Assembly (NCBI RefSeq): GCF_001949145.1
Contig: NW_019091361.1
Location: 2,939,854 to 3,003,853 of the forward strand
Length of the DNA stretch: 64,000 nt
From: Acanthaster planci
Taxonomy: Eukaryota
Direction of reading: 5' to 3'
Below are positions 1-13,200 of the stretch, one piece after another; the first letter of the stretch is position 1, and each line of letters begins with the position of its first letter. A program made the position numbers and the translations under genes. The notes under the pieces were generated by a model. The model had not been told where the DNA came from. It did not search any database and saw only the letters and a program-made list of their open reading frames with translations.

Positions 1-1756
1 TTCCCCCCCCCCACCACATTTTTTTCCCATTTCCCCACAAGGCAACTTTCTAGGTTTGAATACAGTGATCTAAAGGGTTGATGCTGATTTACTTCATTTA
101 TAATCTTAATTTTCTACATTTTCGACAATAAAAGGGATCTCAACCGTGTTCGGGTTTCATTTCTTCTAAGTGGTCTGAAAAATAATTGTGTATGGTTCAG
201 AAGTAACAGATCCAGGGCTTGCACAGTCGTTCGCAATAAAGTAATAACGTACAACGGACAGCTTTGTTTTTGATCCTAATGGTAATCACTTAAGTTGAGA
301 AACCACTCAGAAGTATCTTCCTCGTGCAGGTGTGATGCTTTTAATGAGGAATCTCCTATATTTTCTCTGAAAATGTACAATTATAGATGAAATTCCTTTT
401 TTTTCCAAGTTAGCGCTTGTGTTATTATTATATCAATTGTTATGAATGGAGAAACATCAGCTTTGAGCACAATTTCAAAATCAGTACAAATTGAGGCATT
501 TCTAACAATTACATATGTGCAAGCCAAAGTCATATTTCTACATTAATTAATTGAAAGCTAAAACTGGGTTGTCTACCTTTCTACTATGCTTAGCGCCAAA
601 TCAAAACAATTTGAATTATGTAAGTATAATATTATGCATGTACATTTATTTTTCGATTTTAATCCCCGGTGTGGCAGTCTGTCTCTATTTCTGTTATGAA
701 ATCTTGTACGAAAAAACCTTTGCAAGTCAGTTTTCTTTGGGTGATATTTACTGCAAGATAGCTTATTGAAATTGCCCGAAATGTACTTGGTATCGGATAT
801 TTAGAAAAAAACAATGCCTGACATGTCTGTAACGCATGCGTGATCCAGGCTGTATTAACATGGACATCGAAGAATGGCAAGACATTTCATACCCAAAGGG
901 TGAACATGACCGACCTTCACTGATTTCAAAGACAACTTGAAGTGTTTTCCAAAGTGCATGACCTACTTCAGCGGTGAGATGAACTACATAACTGAACAGT
1001 GCTACTTGGTACATCTTCCAAGGCTTTTCTACCCCTTTCCAAGACCCATGAACGCACTGGCAGATCGGGCAGAGGGGTGGGGGACAACGGGGTCTAAAAA
1101 TAATGAAGAATTTTGCTTGGTCCATGTCATGTCCCCTTATAACAGAGCCAGTTTATCAGTCTAAACTCTCGGGAAGGGCCGAAAAGGTTACATTAAAAGC
1201 TTCAACTTTGGCCGCCCTTTTTATTATATGATCGTCATCCTACCCTTACACCAACCCACCCAATCCATCCACCCACATCCAGAATTCAGGGAAGATACAA
1301 CAGGTACAGTCTTTAATAGTGGCATGCAAACTCGGCACCCCAAGATAATTGATTGACTGACAATCACAGGTCATGCACGTGTACAACACGCGCTGTAGAT
1401 AAAAAAGTTTGTGACTTGGCCTAGCGGTTTTTTCTTTTGGATTACAAGCATAGCTAAAATACTAAAAGACAATTTCTTCGTTTCTTATTCAACAAACTTT
1501 TCCATGCATGTTCCGATGATATTTGAGACTTACCTGTAAGGAGATAGTGATACATCGATTGCAATGTCTGCGCGCTTATTTCATGTAACTCAAACGTAAC
1601 GTAACTCAAACGTAACTCAACTCCTTACGTAAAATCCCATGTCGTGAAAGTTTGACAAGATGCTTTCCAGTATAGTTGGTCGAATTTTTCTAACATATTA
1701 AAAGAGGATAAACTTCTCATGAAAATTAATTTGCGAACTTTGACAATATTTGTGTC

Positions 1757-4700
1757 TCATTCTCTGGCAATCGCGCTGACCTCGAAGCTTTTCGGTGCCC
1801 AAACAACGCCATGTATTCCTTCAAAGGACACAACGGGAACATGGTCAGGTTTCTTGAGGGTGAAGTGATGCAGTAAGTGTGTGAAGAAGATGAAGAGCTC
1901 CATCTTGGCAAGGTGCTCACCCAAACAGATGCGTCGACCTAGGGGTAAATAAGGTGAAAAGGACAAAAAATCTTGGTAATAAAAACAACGCTTCCCTATC
2001 AAATCTGAAAGCGCTTTTCGTAGGCCTTCAAAGCAGCTCGTAGTCATAAATGATGAGGATCATGTACCGTGGTAACAGTTGCAAAATTGTTGTGTAGTTA
2101 TAGTTTGCCAAAAACCTTTTCACAAGATCTTCCGACTTTTTTATTATGATATTGAGTGGATCAAACGTTTTGACCGTTTTTAATTAAAACTGTCAGACGT
2201 CCAGCTTTGATATTTTTGTGATTCCTCATTTCCAAAAAGTATTTTTTAAGACTTTGAGAATTTTAAGGTATCTACTGAGGAGAAAGGAGTACAATGTGAC
2301 TTGGCGTGTTTCTTAGCAGTCAAGGAAGGCCAATGCTTCGGTCAGTAAGATTTGTTGTATGTTGAACAGAAAAGTTGAGAGAATGTTGAAGTAATGTCTA
2401 CTTCAAGTCAGCTTTTTGTGGACACAATGAAGTGGCTTCATAATACAAACTTGGGAAAAGTTAAATGAACTACGACGATGCGCTTTACGTGGGTTCAAGG
2501 TATGGGTCCTTGACTACGCACCTATTCCAAACGGTATGAATTCCAGGCGAGGCCTGAACTTGCCATCCTGATTCAGGAATCGCTCCGGACGGAACTCTTC
2601 GGGTTCTTCCCACACCAAAGGATCGTAGTGGATTTGCCAGATGCTAGTGGCCACAATCGTACCTTTGGGGATGTTGTACCTTTTGACACAAAATATAACG
2701 ATACAACAGTGGGAGCTGGCTTGTTCTATCACATGACGAAAAGCAACTATTTGCATGTGTAGGGAGACAAATGATGTCAATGGTAGGTCTTCTCGCTTTC
2801 TAGGGAACACTTTGGGTGTCATGACATTATCCTACAAGAATATTTCTTGTCAATAACTTCATCAAATCAAACAAGAGTGCAAACACGTGAATAGTTTTTT
2901 CTTTTCGAAACGACCTCTACTGATCAGAAGATCTACTCGGTTAGTGGGTATAAGAACATTTAAGGTATTAATTTTTCTGGTGGTCAGATTTTCAATTTTG
3001 TTAAAAAAAAAGATAATTATTAGATCTTTCTACCACAATATTTTGTCCTGAGGGATGGCTTGGCGAGGATAAAATTGACGTACCTTCAGAAATACGTAAA
3101 ATATAAAATATTCGCCTATGGGCAATACGTTTTATTGTTTTGGTTTTTGGGTGGAGGGGGCTCACCCCGCAATAGTGGTATCTTCAGAGCTCATATGTAC
3201 GTGGACTGGCACGATGGTTCCGATGCGTTGAATCTCACACAGCACGGCTTCGGTGTAAGGCAGCTCGGGCTTATCGGAAATTCTTGGCAGACGATTACGA
3301 CTAGTGACGTCATCCAACTCCTTCTGGACTCGTCTCTGTATCTCTGGGTGTGCCATCATGTACAGCATCCCCCAGCGAAGTGTAGTGGCAGTGGTCTCAG
3401 ATCCAGCCGCAAACAGGTCACCCACAATGCGCTTCAAGTTCTCGGGAAGCAAGACTGAGGACTTGGTCCCCTGGCGTTCCTTAGTCTCCTTTTCATTCAG
3501 AAAAATGTCAATGAAATCTTGAGGATCATCGATGTTTTGCCTTTTCCTGTGTTCTTTCAAAAGCAGATTGATGTGACGGAAGAAACTCTCAATCGCATTC
3601 ACGTAATTTCGTACAAGCGGTAGCATTTTCAGTTTTGCAAACACCGGCATCATTTCGAAAATGTCTTCTACTCCTGCCTTGTCCGACACCAAATTATTTA
3701 GGACTTTCAGGAGATGCTTGAAAGTGGGATCGGCATATTGGAACCTCTTACCAAGCACAACCGTGCAGATAACATTCGAAACAGCGTTGCCAAACAAGTG
3801 CTTTGGATCGAATGCTTTGCCGTTAAAGTTCTTGAGTTCGTCGACCAGAATTTGAGCCTCGGTGGAAATGTCCTGTTCAAACCGGGACTTGCCGACTCCT
3901 AACTTCCTGAGAACGGTCATACAGAAACGACGTATTTCCTTCCACTGCTCACCTGACGATCCAAAAAGTCCTTCAAAAGGGAAAACAGCCACATTCGATT
4001 GACGAATTGGCCAAGCGAAAAAACTATAATGTAGTTAGATTTAACACTCAACATAAACGATCGATTGTAAGTAGCATCCGATGTTGTTTGAAGCGTTCAA
4101 CCCCCTGCACCTTCTTAAATTAATCTAGCATAACACTATAAAATATTGGCTGTATGTTTTCGAGCGTGTTGCTCGTGCTAACACGAATATCGTGGATATC
4201 CGTGGATAATCGTGGTCACATAGGAAGTACACATCGAATATCAAGTTGAAATAAGACGGCCAGAAAGGTAAGGCTGGTTCCTTGTTCTAGAGTGTAATTT
4301 GACATATAATAAGAAGCCATGACTCCGGTGCCACAACGCTCGTGGGCAGATGGTATACGTGCGTTACATGCCTCGGGGACTAATAAGGCGCCTTTCCATA
4401 TGCGCCAAGCGTTGCGTATCCGTCAAGATCATCTTGGGCGATTTTAACGGCAAACGCAACGCACACGTGCGTCATGTTAATGGAGTCGATGTGTCCTTGA
4501 AAGTGACAGGCATGAACGCTTCATGTACGCAATGCACCCAAAAACGTACTTGTGGAGAGGCGCCTTTAGTCCATAAGCAATATGGACGACAAATATAGAC
4601 ATCGTCGCCTCAACTATTAAGTATGACTTTATGTCCGGCCGGGCTCAAACCTGTGGCAAGAGGGGGCTGTTCAATATCATGCAGATGATCTGCTATTGGA

Positions 4701-5550
4701 TGTAGATTCGGACAAAGAGCGCCTTGGCTTCAGGGTAGGGGGTGTCATGATTAATTTACCTGAGTTAGTCTAAAACTCCAGAAACACCTTTTCTATCTTT
4801 CATAAAAACTTACGCGGGTTTAAATAGGCCTATGACTAACAGAACAAGAGGTTTTCAACTTTAAACTTACTTAGGATTGTACATGCGTATATAACAAGTT
4901 AAGACCGATTCTCACCTGCTCCTGGAGCAATGCTCTGGGTTAATAAGAGGGGAGGATGGCCACTGAATTGGTACTGAGAGAAAGCTTCCTTTGTTCTGTC
5001 GAGTCCTTTCAAGATAACCATGGGTACTCCGACCAGATTGATGCGCACAACGTCACCATATCTGTAAAACCAAAAAGTAGCCTAAGCAATGAATGGGTAG
5101 TGCAGGGATTTTGAGGGTTACGGGAGTGTGGGCTCTCAGAGCGTGATTTTGTCTGGTCAAGTGATGAATTATGTATGCATCTGCAGGTAGCAAGTGTAGT
5201 CAACAGGAAAAAGTTGCGCAAGGTATCAGCTGTTGGTTCAGAATCTCTTTGTTGTACAAGCACTCCCCTTAGAATCAAGTCTCTTCCCGCTAAAGAGTGT
5301 GGTATATTAAACGCAATTATTTTCTGAGGAAAACAGACCAAAAATACCTTGTAGTCAGTCTCGCAAACAACTTGAAAATTCCGTCCCTCGACGCCATCAT
5401 GTGAGGGAGATGACCCAAAATCGGCCAACCCCAGGGACCAGGCGGCAGATTCCGCGGTCGACGGAGGAACCGATACGAGACTAAGAGTACCACGGTGCCC
5501 AGCAAAAGCGACCGTGCATCCAGAACCCTCCACGCAGACAGCGCTTCCAT
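1757..5550 (-). CDS. Cytochrome P450, CYP2 clan (copy 1), 5 coding exons, ~497 aa
   Basis: Exons read by hand with GT-AG junctions and compatible phases: 5348-5550, 4916-5061, 3166-3970, 2522-2679, 1757-1938. Motifs: N-terminal membrane anchor plus PPGPWGWPILG, WxxxR (WKEIRR), I-helix AGSETT, ExxR (EIQR), PERF (FRPERF), and heme motif FGIGRRICLG split by the last intron. Subfamily cannot be assigned without phylogeny. Confidence 0.95.
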
Positions 5551-8500
5551 TTTGAATTCTGTGGGTTGAAGGCCAACAAGAAAAAGACACAAAAGACAAA
5601 TCTGGCGCAGGTGCCGGGATACAAACCACAGCTTCTGTAGTGGCAGCTAAGCTGTTGATAATTATTTTTGTAGTATGATGATCATATCACGCATCAAGCG
5701 AGAAGCCACCACTGTTGGCTATTGATTGCCACTGTCCCGCTCTGTGCTGAAAAGTATAGCGAAGCCAACGTAACCTTTATATTTCTCCTTTTTTCTATGA
5801 AAGTTGCAAGACAGGGCCTTGCATTATATCTCCCTCTAAAATCTCAAATTACAACAACAAAATGGAGGTACCCTTACAATTAGTTTGCAAATCAAACCAG
5901 AGCGCAATATTGTCACCTTGGGATTCTAGCAGGGATGTCACAAATAGCAATCAAATGCATTGTCCAACTACCAAGCTGTTCCGGCTACGAAACATGAACT
6001 TTCAAAATCTCGTCAAATTGTCTGAATATATGCTATTAGTCTGATAGTGACCTGACTGCGTCTTGTGCTCTCTCCCTTTGACGAAATAGTCATGGTTGTG
6101 TTTCAGACACAACAAAAAACAGAACAAAATCCTATTCACCTTACAATATCCGTGTATCGCAGAATGCAGAGCTATACGATTTCAGCTTTACTTCGAGTAG
6201 ATAATCGGTTGGTTTCCTTCGTTCAACACTTGCGCACTGGGCCTGGAATTGCTGCTTTTCTTCGACTGAAAGAGCCTCGACCATCGGTTTTATAATAACA
6301 ACCGGCAGCACAAAGAGATACTGGTGGTGACAACTTGGAGACAAATCGCGCCATTTGCCCACTTGATATTGAGTTCAAATTTCAAGACCTTATCACACTG
6401 TATAAACAGTTATTGCGTGAACCTTGAGTTGAAAAGTTTAATACACTGTCATGATCACCGTAACACGTCAAGTTCTGATTGAAACTAACTCGCTGTCGTA
6501 TTTGGCTTATAAGGGAAAAGAGGACTTTTCTCATTTCTCCAAATTCCTCAAATTATGAACCACTATGAGAAACAAATGACGAGAAGGAACTCAAGTTTCG
6601 GGTACATAAAGCCTCACTGTTCTTGATGAGGGAGGGTCATTGGACTGCAGGTAATTAATGTTGTGTGAGAGGTGAATCACCAGATCTTTGAAAGGTGTTG
6701 GAGAATTTATAAGCGCCATTGCTGAAATTGTTGAAATTGCCCCATGACACCGTGAGAAAGCATTTGGGTTTCAAAATTCAGGGGAGAGATGTAAAATTAA
6801 AATGAACCCACAAAACAATATCTAGGTTAGTGAACTGTTTGGTAAGAAAAGGGTAACCGCTCACCGTTGAATATTTGCGAAGTGTACGAATTCTTCAATC
6901 GAACTTTAGACGAACGTCTGAACTTAAATAAACTCGAGTTTTTCTTCTCGAATTGACAGAGGATGTGCATCATCTCAACAAATTCTGACCAGGAGGCTAT
7001 TTTGTTATTTTCCTCCTTTCAAAGGGTTTCTCTAACAAAGGACAGGCAAGAGGTGTGCTGTAACTTTGTAGCGCATTGCACATGTAGGTACCTTACAGGA
7101 CCTTTCTGCAATGTGACAGTGTTTTCGTTGTGTAAATACCTCTAAAAGATGAGTGTTAATTAATAGAGTTTCAAACCTTTGGTTTCTGTATTCGCATGTC
7201 CTTATGTAAGTTGACATTATTCGTTTTGTTGTCAGATAAATAGTGATGGTGATTCCAGTACTTAAATTTTGGAAATCTTGTTGGGCATATTTTAGTTTTC
7301 ACCACATGCATAAGTTCTGCCATGTCATGTCATGTGGATTCCCATGTATCGTGGTAAAGTTTCACGTTGGGCATGTCGTAAATTTGAGTCCCATTCAGTG
7401 CTTGTTGCAGGAGTTACACTTTTTTCCTCGGTTTGGACAGATGTTGTGGGAGCGTATGCTAGGTTTTCCAGACTTTATGAGTGTTAACCGTTGAAGTTTG
7501 TTACTTTTGAAAATGATCGTAATAGTATAGACGCCTAACTTTAGCTCTCTTCTTTTGTGACCTTTGACATGCTTGAGTACTGTGTATTGTATGATGCGTT
7601 TTATAGTGTGCCCATATCGGTACTACCGGACTCGGATTCTTCGCCGTCGATTGCCTCTTGAGAATGAGAAGGGGGGCAGTGACCCTATTGGGAGTCACAG
7701 TTTCCCAACAAATTAAAGAAGAACGGTGACATTGTACAAATGGATAACAAACACAAAGGTTGTGGCAGCAAATGTCAAATTACGCGAGCCACAGTTAAAG
7801 GCCCAGGCCAAGGTAATATCGTTGACCACCCAGTATAGGTGGCCGGATCCCACGCCAACGGAATGAGAGACCTCATCATATCAGCGGTGATAATCACACT
7901 CGGAAGTTCCGGGTATGAGTTCTGATTTACGTTAATTTATTCAGTAACTTGGAAATGAGATTCATTTGATAGAAGAAGATTAATTCACCTAAACATATAT
8001 TTTTTTGCATTGTTGGTTATATTTATTATTGTAAAATAATATGTGTAGGTGGACAATTGCTAGATATTTCTGGATAAAAACCTTTCTGTGAAAAGTATTT
8101 GAACCGTGAGCAAATTCGGATTGTTTCTGTTTGTGAAAGCCAGTCAAACTACTGAACAGGCCCGGGGGACCCTTGTCTAACAGGCAATGGCCCACTCCAA
8201 AAACAAATGAAGCAATTTTTTTTAAGGTCAATTTTTTTATATATATTCACAGTGGATGATGGAGTTACGTAAACGATGCTATCAAAACTACTGCCTTTTG
8301 CATGGAGAGGAACTAACCCGAAGTTTGACTTGTAAGTAGCAAGCAAGGTCCAAGAACAAAAACTAGCCAATTTCTAAGCTGTGCATATTGCGGATTGTTG
8401 ACTAGAAAATACGCATGTTGAAATAAGTTCTTATTCAATATGAAGGATGGCGGCAGATTATCGTGACTAGATACTGAAAATAGACCTGAACATGGGTTTA

Positions 8501-8639
8501 GGGATTACTTTGATAGTTTGAAGATCACTCTTCTGATGGAAGTCAAACAACAGCTTAACTTGGCTTCCGTTAGTAAGATTAGGTCTGGGGTAGCCCTTGT
8601 TTAATAAGTAATGGTCCGACCATTTCAAAGATAAATTAA

Positions 8640-8833
8640 AATAACGGCAATTCGCGGACTCACGTACCAGCGTTGGTCGTGTATCTTGTGCAGTGGGCGT
8701 GGTTTAAATTGATGTGGCGTCACACTTAGGAACCGGATACTGCATGTACTGTGTGGACTCCGCGGGTGCGCGCGAGGAACTTCAACACAAGAGAACCTCA
8801 GCTTCGATGCAGAAATGAGCAGACGGCGCTAAT
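8640..8833 (-). repeat. Inverted partial copy of the same MITE, head-to-head with copy A, forming a ~390-bp imperfect palindrome (8640-9028)
   Basis: TATCTTGTGCAGTGGGCGTGGTTTAAA..GTGGCGTCACACTTA..GTACTGTGTGGACTCCGCG is the reverse complement of ~8905-8990. Confidence 0.85.
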
Positions 8834-9253
8834 AGAGGGATTTCACATTAACGCCGTCTACGCATATTTTCATCGAAATCGAGGCTCTTTGTGTTGAACT
8901 TTGTCGCGGAGTCCACACAGTACATGGAGTATCCGGCTTATAAGTGTGACGCCACTTCAGTTTAAACCACGCCCACTGCACAAGATAAACGGCCATCTCA
9001 GGTACGTTAGTTCGCTGTCAATTGTCGTNNNNNNNNNNNNNNNNNNNNNNNNNNNNNNNNNNNNNNNNNNNNNNNNNNNNNNNNNNNNNNNNAACAAACT
9101 TTTATGTATTTTGTGTCTTTACTCCTTACTTTCAATCGTCTGATCGTATCAAGAATTGAAGCTGACACATACAGCCTCGTTTTCAAACGCGAAAGTGCGC
9201 TGATCGACGCTAAACGCGTAATATTGGGATCCCTCCACGTGAAATCCCTCTGA
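8832..9253. mobile_element. MITE family with ATAGAGGGAT termini, copy A (contains an N-gap)
   Basis: Starts ATAGAGGGATTTCAC and ends GTGAAATCCCTCT. Matches 43404-43858 on both sides of an N-gap at the same internal position. Confidence 0.8.
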
Positions 9254-10259
9254 AATGGGCGTCTGGGGGATGCCAAGTTTTCAACACTCTTCACTATGCA
9301 GTGGTTGGGGTCTGGCCAGTGGGAGTCTACAGGCTAGGCTTGTGGTGTATGCCTGGGGCGAGTTGTCCACTGGGGAAAAAAGGCTCAGACGTCGACCATT
9401 TGGGGATATGAGGAGACTATCATCACCACGCGGTTGACACCAGGGTTGTAAAGCACTTTATTTTGAAATGTTACGGTACGACAGTTTTCTTGTTTCAATG
9501 TGGCAATTCCTCGAAAAAAAGGCATTAACTATGCCTCTTACAACGCAGTATAGTGTCAGTGTATCTTGAAATCACTGTCAGTTGATGTACGTGACTCTAC
9601 ACGGGTATCAAACGAACGAACGTCGGTGCAAAAGGAAGCACCATAACAACCGACGCGCAAAACGGTTTTTAGCGCACAGTGCGCGATGGAAAGGGAGAAA
9701 TTTGACCCGAATCTCCATTGCAGAGCTCTAAAATATATAGATTTCCTAAGGTCATCACTATAGGATTTTACAGAGTAATTTTAAGATTCTAGAACTAACT
9801 CTCTAAAACACAACTCATCGACCGTTTTCGTAACGAAACGAAATTGTGTCCTATAGCGTACATGTGTTCCTTGTTCTTCATGTTCATGTTGAAGCTTTAA
9901 AATGACTTCATTTAAAGCAGCTGCTGCAAAATATAGAGAAGCCAGGTTCAAGTCTTTACGACCTACCCTTTGGGCTTTCCTTTTAAAAAGCTTCACTTAT
10001 ATTATAAGGTTCGTGTGATTGAACCGAGCACAATGATCTGGCATACATGGTACACACATACAGCGTTTAATGCAACACAGCCAAGCATTACTATTGCAAT
10101 ATAAGTATTTCAGTATCGATATAACGACTCGAGCAAAAGCTAAACCAAACACCGGCATTAAAATTACTTGTTAGATGGATGGCCCCATTCTTACAGGCAA
10201 GAGCATGTTCTAGAAGGTAGACTCAACCAAAATATGATTAAATATTCTATTGGGCTGTT

Positions 10260-13200
10260 TTACTCTCTGAAAATCGCGCAGATCTCGAAGCTTGCCGGTG
10301 ACCAAACCTGACCCTCTTCTCCTTCAAAGGACACGGTAGGAACATGGTCAGGTTTCTTGAGGGTGAAGTGATGCAGGAGGTGTGTGAAGAAGATGAAGAG
10401 CTCCATCTTGGCAAGGTGCTCACCCAAACAGACGCGTCGACCTGTACAATGCAGAAATTGCAGGGAGCAGTCAATTTTGAGAGGTTTTTAGGTTTTGTTA
10501 CATTTAGAGGCAGACTTCAAGGAGATTTGTTGCTTTCAAATTTCGCGCCATCTTTCCGTTTGTCGTTGGTTTTTCGTATGACGGGATTCGGCCTATATAC
10601 ACATCTGACTCCAACAACCATTATGCACTCCAAAGTTTCCTTCTATTTCGGGCAGGCTACAGTGCCGCAAAAATTTGAATGAGAATTTAACCTCAAAATG
10701 CAGAATGCGTCCAAAATATCATTTGTATTATACACCTCTCAGAGTGGAATTTCAAGGAACCAAAGAAGAGATTGGTTTCCCCTTCTTTTTAAATCCCTCA
10801 CAAAAAGCCGATGAACAAACGATTTACAAGCGTGGAATATGAAATTAAGGACAAACTATATAGGCTACAATGAATCACGATGGAGTTTGAAATGGTGAAC
10901 ATTATCGTAACTGAATTTTTACCCTCCCTTCAAGTCTATTTTGACAAACAAAAGTTTTCTATGTTTCGTCGTTGGAATCAAAGACCCATTTCACTCTGCA
11001 GACTTTACCTCCCTAAATATCTCAAAGTCCTTTGCCGTCCGCCATCTTTGATATGACGTCAAATCGCAATCAGACTGCGGTTTACACCATCAGCACTAAA
11101 TCGCTAAAAGACCTAGCTGTGTACAACTGAGACCGTATGGCAGACGGTCTGAAATCGAAGGGTTTCTTGACAATGTGTGACGTCCGTGCACACAAAGAAC
11201 GAAATTACTTCTCACAAATATTTTCAGACACACTTTGATGACAAATCCCCTTCTATTCAGTTTTAGTTTACTATATGAATTATAAATGGAGGTAAAAAAT
11301 TATGGATATAAATCCTTAGAGGAGTACAAAGTTACGTGTCGACCAATACTGACAGGCTACGAACCGATTCCAAACGGTATGAGTTCCTCACGGGACCGAA
11401 ACTTGCCATCTTTATCAAGGAACCGCTCGGGACGAAACTTCCCAGGCTCTTCCCAAACCGTAGGGTCAAAGTGGTTATGCCAGATGTTAGACATCACAAT
11501 CGTACCTTTGGGGATGTTGTAACTGTTAACGGAATATACAGGGTGTCCACATAAAAAGTATACCGAGATAAAAATTACTGTAATAGCAAAACTACTTTAT
11601 ATGTGGGAAAGAGAAATGTATCTCTAGAAAGGGCAGAATGCCCTCTTTGCATTGGTGATGTTATTGACACAGATGGGTGAACAAACTAAACCGATGATAA
11701 GGGTACTGAAATCGGCACTGTGACAAGTTTGCAGATTAACAAGGCTAGACCATGCAAGTGTGCAGAATACCAGTGAATACGGAGTGTCTATGAACCCTGC
11801 ACACATACATGCTTCACTGTGCATATTGACAGATTTAGCTTATAAGGTACGTTAAATACTGTGTCTTTCCTATAGACCTTTTCATCCACGTGACTGGATT
11901 GCGCTAAATCTAAACAATACATGTACCACCACGTGTGGACCACCTTGGCCACGGTGATCGCACATATTCCTACGGGCAGTTTCAACCACGTGCACACACT
12001 GCATGCGTGACTAGTTTATCTTGAATAGGTACATTACCATCACAACACTATGCACTCATTACCATCACAACACATGATAGTCCAGCACGATTGTGACATC
12101 ACAGGAAAAAGGTCTATATCGTCTGTTTCTCCAGTGGAATTATAGGCCCTGCAAGGTATGTTGTGCTTCAGTGATGTCCTTAGTTTCATCCCTTGACGTA
12201 ATATAAACCGCGTGGTGTGGTAACTATTGCTCACCCTGCAATAGTAGTATCTTCGGCGCTCATATGTGGCAGAGCCAACGGCACGATGGTTCCCATGCGC
12301 TGAATCTCACACAGCACGGCTTCAGTGTATGGCAGCTCGGGCTTATCAGAAATTCTTGGTAGACGATTACGATTTGTGATGTCATCCAACTCCTTCTGGA
12401 CTCGTCTCTGTATTTCTGGGTGTGCCATCATGTACAGCATCCCCCAGCGAAGAGTAGTGGCAGTGGTTTCAGTCCCAGCACCAAACAGGTCACCCACGAT
12501 GTGCTTCAAGTTCTCGGGAAGTAAGGCCAGGGACTTGACCCCCTGGCGTTCCTTCACCTTCTGTTCATCCTGGAACATGTCGATGAAATCTTGAGGAGGA
12601 TCAGAGCTTTGTCCCTTACTGTGTTCTTTCAAGAGTATGTTAATGTAATTGAAGAAGTTCTCCGTGGCAATCACATACTTTCGCACAACCGGAAGCATTT
12701 TCAGTTTTGCAAATACGGGTGCGTTTTCGAGCATGCCCCCTCCTTGCGACTGGATAACAAGATCATTCAAGACTTTCAGAAGACGCTTGAAAGCTGGATC
12801 AGTGTACTGGAACCTTTTGCCAAACACGACTGAACAGATGATGTTGGATACAGCATTGCCAATAAGATGCTTTGGGTCGAATGCCTTGCCATTAAATTTC
12901 TTGAGTTCTTCAACTAGAATTTCTGCTTCGGTGGAGATGTTCTCTTCAAACCGCGACTTGCCAACACCAAGCCCCCGGAGAGCGGTAACGGAAAAACGAC
13001 GAATCTCGGTCCACTGCTCACCACTTGAAGCCAAAAAGCCTGTAAAAGAGACAATATGAAGACAGTGGGCCGGAGGAGAATGGGATGAAAGGACAAACGC
13101 CCTGAAAAGTGGCAATTTACAGTTCCATCTGCATAACAGAATTCAGTAAAGTAATGGTTTAACAAAAGTAACCAAACAGCTTTACGGCGTCATGCATTGT

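Noticed and set aside
11537..11960. Tc1/mariner-like end (TA|CAGGGTGTCCAC) next to the exon 4 acceptor of P450 copy 2
   Set aside because: Only one clear terminus; the candidate partner (GTGGACACCTTG, ~11935) is imperfect and lacks the TA.
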